Assembly (NCBI GenBank): GCA_963733195.1
Contig: CAVTCR010000062.1
Coordinates: 256,001-320,000, forward strand
Length of the DNA: 64,000 nt
Origin: an uncultured delta proteobacterium
GTDB lineage: Bacteria; Desulfobacterota; Binatia; Bin18
Direction: 5' to 3'
Part shown: positions 55,584 to 64,000 of the stretch, piece by piece
Layout: every line of letters begins with the position of its first letter
How positions within the stretch are numbered: the stretch's first letter is position 1
Notes under the pieces: model-generated
What the model was told of the DNA's origin: nothing
Database searches by the model: none
Seen by the model: the letters and a program-made list of their open reading frames with translations, nothing else
Made by a program: the position numbers and the translations under genes

Positions 55584-56469
55584 ATCTTCTCTCCCAGAAG
55601 CTGCCGCGGTGGCGATGCAAGTTGTGATCGTCTCTGGTCTTTCGGGGTCAGGCAAAAGCACGGCTATTCATGTACTTGAAGATCTCGGGTTCTATTGTAT
55701 CGACAACCTGCCGGTGACTCTCATTCCTCGTTTTCTCGAACTGTGCGCCAATAGCGAGGAACCGATCACCCGCGTCGCGCTGGGCATCGATCAGCGAGAA
55801 CGTGTGTTCCTTCGTAGTTATCCTGATGTCTTGGCCGACTTGCGTAACCGCGGACAACGAATTCAAATTCTCTATCTCGAAGCAGCTGACGAGGTGCTGC
55901 TTCGACGCTTTAGCGAGACTCGTCGTCCACACCCTGCAGCTGGCAGCCGCGGGGTTGCCGAAGGCATCCGCACCGAACGGGAATTACTCGCTGGACTCCG
56001 CGAGCTCGCCACACAAATCATCGATACGTCGACTTTTACCGTTCACGAACTGCGCGAAAAGCTACGGCAAACCCTTTCTCATTTTCATACGCAGAACACA
56101 CTTCTGGTAACACTAGAGTCTTTTGGGTACAAATACGGAGTACCCGTCGATGCGGATGTCATGTTTGATGTGCGGTTTCTCTCCAATCCCTTTTTCGTTG
56201 AAGAACTACGCCCCCAGACTGGCCTTGCGCCGGATGTCGCCACCTACGTTCTTCAACGCCCAGAAGCGGAGATCTTTCTCACTCAGGTGAGTGCGTTACT
56301 CGAATCAACCTTACCCCTCTATATTCGCGAAGGGAAAAGCTACCTCACCGTGGCGGTTGGTTGTACGGGTGGTCGGCATCGGTCAGTTGCTGTGGTTGAA
56401 GAACTCGGACGACGGTTGACGGCGTGGGGGTATGCCTCGCACCTCCATCACCGTGACCTCCAGCGCTAG
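55561..56469 (+). CDS. rapZ: RNase adapter RapZ (start may be ATG 55615)
   Basis: SGLSGSGKS, DNLP, RFSETRRPHP, SFGYKYG, GCTGGRHRSV. Confidence 0.95.
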   Translation: MKKTPDSESSLPEAAAVAMQVVIVSGLSGSGKSTAIHVLEDLGFYCIDNLPVTLIPRFLELCANSEEPITRVALGIDQRERVFLRSYPDVLADLRNRGQRIQILYLEAADEVLLRRFSETRRPHPAAGSRGVAEGIRTERELLAGLRELATQIIDTSTFTVHELREKLRQTLSHFHTQNTLLVTLESFGYKYGVPVDADVMFDVRFLSNPFFVEELRPQTGLAPDVATYVLQRPEAEIFLTQVSALLESTLPLYIREGKSYLTVAVGCTGGRHRSVAVVEELGRRLTAWGYASHLHHRDLQR

Positions 56470-56485
56470 GAGCACCGGCACACGT

Positions 56486-56767
56486 ATGGCAGACGAGCCA
56501 AGTACAGCCGCCCAACTGACGCTCATCAACAGGCAAGGCCTCCACGCGCGTGCGGCTGCAGCATTTGTTCGTGCCATTACTGGACTTCGAGCAGACGTCA
56601 CAGTGAGTTGGCAAAATCAGACTGTCAATGGCCGCAGCATGCTCGAATTGATGACCCTCGGAGCCCCTCCCGGTAGTGTCCTTGAGGTGACCACAAGCGG
56701 CGTCGATGCGGAAGCTGCACTGGCGAAGCTCACCGAAGTGATTGCCAATCGCTTTTATGAAGAATGA
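56486..56767 (+). CDS. ptsH: HPr phosphocarrier
   Basis: GLHARAA (His15 motif), NGRSML (Ser46 motif). Confidence 0.92.
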   Translation: MADEPSTAAQLTLINRQGLHARAAAAFVRAITGLRADVTVSWQNQTVNGRSMLELMTLGAPPGSVLEVTTSGVDAEAALAKLTEVIANRFYEE

Positions 56768-56769
56768 AA

Positions 56770-56853
56770 AACGAGCGTAAAACGTAAGGCGTAAAACGTA
56801 AAAAGGGGGCAGAAGTAGTTACGTTTCACGTTTCACGTTTTACCTCTTACGTT
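56770..56853. repeat. Inverted heptamer arrays forming a long hairpin
   Basis: cgtaaaa cgtaagg cgtaaaa cgtaaaa faces ttacg tttcacg tttcacg ttttacc tcttacg. Confidence 0.7.
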
Positions 56854-56957
56854 CGTCGCATTTGCCCCTTGACGCTCCTATCGCTATCCTATTACATGCG
56901 CCTGCTTTCCAGGCGAAGGCGTAGAATCAGCAGAAGCAAACGAAGGAGACCGCTATT

Positions 56958-58136
56958 ATGCCGGCAAAAGATTTCCTCTTTACATCGGAGTCGGTGTCTG
57001 AGGGGCACCCAGATAAGATGTGTGACCAGATTTCCGACGCTATCTTAGACGCACTGATCACGAAAGATCCCGACAGTCGTGTTGCGTGCGAAACCCTTGC
57101 CAAAACAGGTATGGTCGTTGTTGCCGGCGAAATCACGACGCGAGCCATCATCAACTACTCAGATGTGGTTCGCGAGGTCGTCCATGACATTGGCTACACG
57201 AGTTCCGACCTGGGCTTTGACGCCACGACCTGCTCGGTCCTGAGTGCCATTGGGCAACAATCTCCTGACATCTCACAAGGAGTCACTGAAGGTGAAGGAC
57301 TCCATAAAGAACAAGGCGCCGGTGACCAAGGCATGATGTTTGGTTTCGCTTGTGACGAAACCAAAGAATTTATGCCATTCCCTATCTACACCGCGCATCG
57401 CCTGGTCGAGGCCCTGACCCAGGCACGCAAGAGTGGCCAACTGCCGTTCCTCCGTCCCGACGCCAAATCTCAGGTCACCGTCCACTACAAAGATGGGAGA
57501 CCCGCACGCGCCGACACCGTTCTCATTTCAACCCAGCACAGTCCGGATGCTGCGTATAACACCATCAAAGAAGCTGTCATTGAAGACATTATCAAGAAAG
57601 TTGTGCCAAAAGAGTTCATAGACAATAAGACGGTCTTCTTGGTCAACCCCACTGGTCGTTTCGTTCACGGTGGTCCGTTTGCCGACTGCGGACTAACGGG
57701 TCGGAAGATTATCGTCGATACCTACGGTGGCTATGGCCGGCATGGTGGAGGGGCGTTTTCCGGCAAGGACCCGTCCAAAGTCGATCGTTCTGCCGCATAT
57801 ATGGCCCGCTATATCGCCAAGAACGTCGTTGCTGCAGAACTGGCCGCACGGTGTGAAGTACAAGTGGCCTACGCGATCGGCATGGCGCAACCGGTATCAG
57901 TCTTGGTAGACACGTTCGGTACTGGAGCGATCCCGGACGAGCAGATCTCCAAGATTGTGACTGAACTCTTCGACCTGCGTCCGGCGGAAATCGTCAAAAC
58001 GTTGGGACTCAAAAAGCCGATCTACAGACCAACCGCAGCCTACGGCCATTTCGGTCGTCCGCCCGAAGGAGAAAAATTTACCTGGGAACGCATTGATCGT
58101 GTGGACGCTCTCAAACGCGCAGCAAAAATCGCTTAA
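56958..58136 (+). CDS. metK: S-adenosylmethionine synthetase
   Basis: [28 protein letters not shown]. Confidence 0.98.
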   Translation: MPAKDFLFTSESVSEGHPDKMCDQISDAILDALITKDPDSRVACETLAKTGMVVVAGEITTRAIINYSDVVREVVHDIGYTSSDLGFDATTCSVLSAIGQQSPDISQGVTEGEGLHKEQGAGDQGMMFGFACDETKEFMPFPIYTAHRLVEALTQARKSGQLPFLRPDAKSQVTVHYKDGRPARADTVLISTQHSPDAAYNTIKEAVIEDIIKKVVPKEFIDNKTVFLVNPTGRFVHGGPFADCGLTGRKIIVDTYGGYGRHGGGAFSGKDPSKVDRSAAYMARYIAKNVVAAELAARCEVQVAYAIGMAQPVSVLVDTFGTGAIPDEQISKIVTELFDLRPAEIVKTLGLKKPIYRPTAAYGHFGRPPEGEKFTWERIDRVDALKRAAKIA

Positions 58137-58141
58137 CCTGA

Positions 58142-59443
<1,302 letters not shown>

Positions 59444-59500
59444 GTTCAGTTTCTGTATTGATATGAAATAAATGGGAGAGGGGGAGGAAGCGTCAACGGT

Positions 59501-60961
59501 ATGAACGCAGTTATTCCTACGCATTTTGCTTTCTCCTCCGCTCCCCTCACCATTTGTACTCCCCATCTCATAGGGCCGCTTTTACGGAAAGTTCTCACCG
59601 CAACTTTCCTGATGTTGTTGCTGAGTTCTTTCGTTTCTGCCGCACCACATCGTCCGGCCATTCAAGGCATTCGTACCATTTCTTCAGCGGATGAGACCCG
59701 TGTCGTTATCTCACTCTCAAGTCCGATTGCGTATGAACTGATAGCGGAACCGTCCATCGTAGCATCGGCCTCCCCATCGCGCCTGCATATTCGTTTTTCT
59801 CCGGCAAGCCTTGCGCCCGGCATTCGCACAAATGCGAAAATTGATGATGGGATATTGAGAGAAGTACGAACCGGATTGATTACTGATTCGATCGTGCGCA
59901 TTTCGCTTGAGGTCGAGCAACTTGGTGCCTATCGTGCCACAGCATTCCGTTCACCAGACCAAGTCGTTATCCAGTTACGAAAGCAGTCAGAGAACCGCGT
60001 CGCTGCTCGTCCTCCCACTTCACTCCTGTCAGGCTCACAAAAAGTCCCAGCAGACCGCCAAGTCGCAATCACTCCACCATTCCCTGCTCCCCCTCCCCCA
60101 TTCGAGGACCGGCAACAGCCTTCGACTACGCCGCTCCCTCCGACTCCACCATCAAAAGCCCCAGTAGACCGCCAGATGCTACTCACACCCCCACGCACTT
60201 CTCCCTCTCCATCCCCTGCACAAGTCAAAGAGCCTCCAGCTCCTCCCTCTACACCTCGCTCACGCTATCGTATTATGCTCGACCCTGGACACGGTGGATC
60301 TGACCCTGGGGCTCAAGGTGTTAACGGTCTTCACGAGAAAACAATTGTGCTGGCTGTCAGTAAACAACTCGCACAGAAACTGCGTACTCGTTTGGGCGCA
60401 GACGTCATGCTTACACGTACTGATGATGTATTTATTCCTTTACCTGAGCGAACCGCCCGGGCAAATGCAGCAAAAGCAGACCTGTTTGTCTCCATTCACG
60501 CAAACGCGAGTCCGAACCCAGAAACGCAGGGCATAGAGACCTATTACTTGAACAACACCGAGGATCGCGCAACCATCCGGCTGGCAAAGTTAGAGAACGG
60601 TATCCGAGCGAAGCAACAACTGCCGCAAAGAGAAGACTCACTTTCGTATATCCTTAGTGATCTCATTCAGACAGGCAAAGAAGAGGAATCGATCGCACTG
60701 GCGCAGGCAGTACAAACAGCACTTATCGATCAAGTGAGAACCGCCGTACCGCTGGCGCACGATTTGGGGGTAAAGAAAGGACCGTTTTATGTACTCGTCG
60801 GCGCGCACCTGCCTTGTATTCTGGTTGAACTTGCCTTTCTTACCCACGCTGACGAAGCGCAACGCCTCGGCTCCGCTACCTATCAAGAAACTTTGGCTGA
60901 AGGGTTGTTTCGTGGGATTGCGGACTTCCTACGCACGGATCTCTCAGCAAAGGATCTGTAA
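59501..60961 (+). CDS. N-acetylmuramoyl-L-alanine amidase (AMIN + Pro-rich linker + Amidase_3; AmiC-like)
   Basis: TRVVI, LDPGHGG, FVSIHAN, FYVL, LVELAF. Confidence 0.92.
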   Translation: MNAVIPTHFAFSSAPLTICTPHLIGPLLRKVLTATFLMLLLSSFVSAAPHRPAIQGIRTISSADETRVVISLSSPIAYELIAEPSIVASASPSRLHIRFSPASLAPGIRTNAKIDDGILREVRTGLITDSIVRISLEVEQLGAYRATAFRSPDQVVIQLRKQSENRVAARPPTSLLSGSQKVPADRQVAITPPFPAPPPPFEDRQQPSTTPLPPTPPSKAPVDRQMLLTPPRTSPSPSPAQVKEPPAPPSTPRSRYRIMLDPGHGGSDPGAQGVNGLHEKTIVLAVSKQLAQKLRTRLGADVMLTRTDDVFIPLPERTARANAAKADLFVSIHANASPNPETQGIETYYLNNTEDRATIRLAKLENGIRAKQQLPQREDSLSYILSDLIQTGKEEESIALAQAVQTALIDQVRTAVPLAHDLGVKKGPFYVLVGAHLPCILVELAFLTHADEAQRLGSATYQETLAEGLFRGIADFLRTDLSAKDL

Positions 60962-61077
60962 GCCTTTTTTTCTCTGCCTATCATCACTGGTAATCGGAGA
61001 CATGGTACGCCTGCACAACTCAGACCGGCGTGCTAGTATTGACTCTCGATGCCAATGACCATGAGGTGGAGCACGCT

Positions 61078-63804
61078 ATGACTGAGACTGACCCGCATCT
61101 GATGGCAGAAATATTTGACATCCCGCTGCCACCACTCCCACCGGCTGACCTTGATGTTGAGGCGGACCCGCAATTCAATCTCCGTGCCCTAAGCAAAGAG
61201 TATCGCGCTCGGGTACTCAGCAAATTGGAAAAACATCACACCGCAGGAGCAAGTGGCACGACTCTCGTCAATCTTCACACCCACCTCATCGATCGCTTGA
61301 TCCGGTACCTCTTTGCCGCAGCAACTCAGCTGTATACACGTCGGAATCCGCGACTACACCAACGCTGTGCTGTCTTTGCCCAAGGCGGCTATGGCCGTGA
61401 GGAACTCAATCCCTACTCTGACATCGACCTCCTGTTCCTCTACCATTGGAAGATTTCTCCCTATGTAGAAACTATCTGTGATACCTTATACTATAGCCTG
61501 CTCGACGCTGGATTCGTGGTTGGTCATGCCGTTCGCAACGTTCGCGAGTGTGTCAATCTGGCGAATCGGGATCTCCAAGTCAAAACTGCCCTCATTGATC
61601 ACCGGTTTCTCTGTGGTGACGAACAACTCGCTCGTGAGCTCACCACAGCCACTGAACGAGAGATTATCGCGAAGAACTCCGACCGCTTCTTTCAGGACAA
61701 AGCCCACGAGAGTCAAGAACGCCACCGTCGACATGGGGATTCGATCTACATGCTTGAACCCCACCTCAAAGAGGGAAAAGGCGGTCTGCGGGATCTACAT
61801 ACCGCAGGATGGCTCGTCAAGGTCAAGTTCAAGATCAATAGTCTCCGCGAGTTGATTCCCAAAGGAGTCGTGTCATCAGCGCAGTTGGATGAGGTTGAAG
61901 CAGCACGCGACTTCTTATGGGGAGTACGTAACAGCCTGCATTTCCTCGAACACGCTGAACAAGACTTGTTGACGTTCGAACGGCAAGAAGCACTTGCTCC
62001 ACAACTCGGCTTTGCTGATGTCACAAGTTTTATGCACGAGTATTATCGTCACGCCACAACGATCTCCGCGTTTTCCCGCCTGTTACAAGACCGCTGTGTC
62101 ACCACCTCTCGGCTCTCGTCGTTCCTAAGTCGGGCACGCGGGCGGGAGATTCGTGAAGGGATACGGATCGTTGGCAACTTACTTACAGTTACAAAACCGG
62201 AGATCTTAACTCGCGACCCACTCAACATGGTGACCGTTTTCTATGATGCCCAACGTCACGGTGCGCAACTTGAGAATGACACGCGTCAACTCATACGTGA
62301 CACATTGACCGGTCTGCCTACCACTCTTGGTGAATCCCCTCCTCTACGGAAAGCCCTCTTCGAGATACTTGCGTGGAAGCAACGCGTATCTCCAACAGTG
62401 AATGACATGCATGACCTCGGCGTCCTTGATTGGTTGCTACCAGAATTCGGACGCTTACATTGGCGCACGCAGCGCGAACTCTATCATGTATACACAGTGG
62501 ATGCACATTCCTTGCGCGGCATCGCAGAAATCGAACAATTGCGCGACGGTGAATACAAGGCATCCCATCCATTGCTGACACAAGTTGTTAGGGAAATTGA
62601 TAGGATAGAATTTTTGTTCTTAGCGATCCTCTATCATGATGTCGGAAAAGGGTACGGTCACGACCATGACGAACGGGGAGCGGCGATGGTGAAAGACACC
62701 GCTGCACGGTGGAATCTCTCTCCTGACGATACCTACGAATGGCATTTCCTCGTGCAGCACCATCTACGGATGTCGTATATCTCTCAGCGTCGTGACCTGT
62801 CGGACGACACGGTTATTGCTGACTGCGCGCGGTTCGTAGGAACCCCCGCGCTTCTCAAAAAACTGTACTTACTTACCTTTGCCGACATGAAAGCCGTCGG
62901 CCCTAAAGTCTGGAACCCTTGGAAAGGGGAATTGCTAGACGAATTGTATCTACGCACTTTGGAACTTCTTGAAACTGGAGAGCCGGTCGAGGAAAACCGC
63001 GAGGCGCGATTGCACCGGCGTAAAGAACGGTTTACTCAAGTCCTCACTCAGACGGCGACACCGGCAGCGGCAGCAGCGTTCCTCGCGGCCGCGCCGGAAA
63101 ATTATCTCTTATCCACTCCCGAAGAAGCAGTCCCGCGGCACTTCGAACTGGTCACCCGATTTCTCCGCCAGAATGGTACCGGTGAACCGGACCCCTATCG
63201 TGCAACACTCACCCATTTCCCTGAGCGTGAGTTTAGTGAGTTAACGATTGTGACACGAGATCGTCCAGGACTCTTCGCGATGCTGACTGGCGTGCTCACC
63301 TCTGTAGGTCTAAATATTGCCGGAGCACGCATTGCTACAAGCCGAGAGGGCATTGCACTCGATGTCTTTCAGCTCTCACACGTCGAGCGCAAAGATGTCG
63401 TCATGGATACCGACACCTGGACGCATATCTATTCACGACTCGCGGACGTCTTACACGGCAAACGGACGCTCGACGACCTGTTACGTGCAACCCGGGCACC
63501 TTCGTTTCTTACTAGGAAACAGTCACGGTATAGTACAGATGTCACTGTAGATAATGAGATCTCTCCCCGTTACACGGTCGTTGATATCACCGGTCCAGAT
63601 CGTATGGGGTTCCTCTTTACAGTCACATACACTCTGTTTACTCTCGATCTAGAAATTCACGTAGCGAAGATCACCACGAATGTCGATCACGTCCTCGACG
63701 TGTTCTATATCACTGATAGACATGGATCTAAGGTAAGTAATCCCGACCATGTTGCAGAGAGTATCCGCCAACGACTAATCGACACAAACGGAGGGGAACG
63801 ATGA
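61078..63804 (+). CDS. glnD: PII uridylyltransferase/uridylyl-removing enzyme
   Basis: GGYGREELNPYSDIDL, KEGKGGLRD, HVYTVDAH, HDVGKG, two ACT domains. Confidence 0.96.
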   Translation: MTETDPHLMAEIFDIPLPPLPPADLDVEADPQFNLRALSKEYRARVLSKLEKHHTAGASGTTLVNLHTHLIDRLIRYLFAAATQLYTRRNPRLHQRCAVFAQGGYGREELNPYSDIDLLFLYHWKISPYVETICDTLYYSLLDAGFVVGHAVRNVRECVNLANRDLQVKTALIDHRFLCGDEQLARELTTATEREIIAKNSDRFFQDKAHESQERHRRHGDSIYMLEPHLKEGKGGLRDLHTAGWLVKVKFKINSLRELIPKGVVSSAQLDEVEAARDFLWGVRNSLHFLEHAEQDLLTFERQEALAPQLGFADVTSFMHEYYRHATTISAFSRLLQDRCVTTSRLSSFLSRARGREIREGIRIVGNLLTVTKPEILTRDPLNMVTVFYDAQRHGAQLENDTRQLIRDTLTGLPTTLGESPPLRKALFEILAWKQRVSPTVNDMHDLGVLDWLLPEFGRLHWRTQRELYHVYTVDAHSLRGIAEIEQLRDGEYKASHPLLTQVVREIDRIEFLFLAILYHDVGKGYGHDHDERGAAMVKDTAARWNLSPDDTYEWHFLVQHHLRMSYISQRRDLSDDTVIADCARFVGTPALLKKLYLLTFADMKAVGPKVWNPWKGELLDELYLRTLELLETGEPVEENREARLHRRKERFTQVLTQTATPAAAAAFLAAAPENYLLSTPEEAVPRHFELVTRFLRQNGTGEPDPYRATLTHFPEREFSELTIVTRDRPGLFAMLTGVLTSVGLNIAGARIATSREGIALDVFQLSHVERKDVVMDTDTWTHIYSRLADVLHGKRTLDDLLRATRAPSFLTRKQSRYSTDVTVDNEISPRYTVVDITGPDRMGFLFTVTYTLFTLDLEIHVAKITTNVDHVLDVFYITDRHGSKVSNPDHVAESIRQRLIDTNGGER

Positions 63805-64000
63805 CTGAGGATCCGCAAGTACTGCCCCCAGCGACTCCGTCCGACACTCAGATCGATCGTTTTCTCGCCTACATTACAGTTGAAAGAGGCTTAGCCGCGA
63901 ATACCGTTGAGGCGTATGGGCGAGATCTTGCGGACTTGCGTCGCTATATCGTTACGCAAAATATGGACGATCTGAGCACAGTAGGCTCACGTCATCTCAT
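63801..64000 (+). CDS. xerD: Site-specific tyrosine recombinase XerD, 3' partial
   Basis: IDRFLAYITVERGLAANTVEAYGRDL; ATGA overlap with glnD. Confidence 0.8.
   Translation, partial: MTEDPQVLPPATPSDTQIDRFLAYITVERGLAANTVEAYGRDLADLRRYIVTQNMDDLSTVGSRHL

Noticed and set aside
56880-56957. SAM or SAH riboswitch upstream of metK
   Set aside because: No recognisable SAM-I, SAM-II, SAM-IV or SAH consensus, and the leader is short.
59990-60265. Pro-rich duplicated segment in the amidase (KVPADRQ / KAPVDRQ)
   Set aside because: An ordinary low-complexity linker between the AMIN and catalytic domains.
63801-64000. Prophage or island integrase
   Set aside because: The N-terminus matches housekeeping XerD and is coupled to glnD. 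No phage genes or att-like tRNA are present.

Overview
Bacterial chromosomal window of roughly mid-50s % GC by eye. Gene content and repeat style suggest a diderm, deltaproteobacteria-like lineage such as Binatota (inference only). About 1-48 kb is largely accessory: M1/M14/M4 peptidases, toxin-antitoxin modules and remnants, a class III cyclase-TPR, a pqqABCDE operon followed by a permease, a GctAB/IpdAB-like pair, an MMPL/RND protein, a Na+-type membrane PPase, mgtE, two ArnT-like glycosyltransferases, a short mutY, a Met/Cys PLP lyase, an outer-membrane barrel and czcCBA. About 48-64 kb is a housekeeping block: kdsB-pyrG-kdsA-lptCAB-rpoN-ptsN-rapZ-ptsH-metK-ahcY-amidase-glnD-xerD. Many genes left of 48 kb carry 1-nt indels, probably long-read errors. 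The most notable observations are: (i) an unrecognised ~135-aa two-Cys module in tandem pairs on two unrelated secreted proteins; (ii) a pqqA hidden by a frameshift, with a permease coupled to pqqE; (iii) a MITE with perfect TIRs and an 8-bp TSD; (iv) a 174-nt element inserted in frame into the CzcB lipoprotein signal peptide; (v) heptamer/octamer tandem repeats that enter coding sequences and sit at a large deletion junction; (vi) a candidate structured RNA near the Met/Cys lyase.
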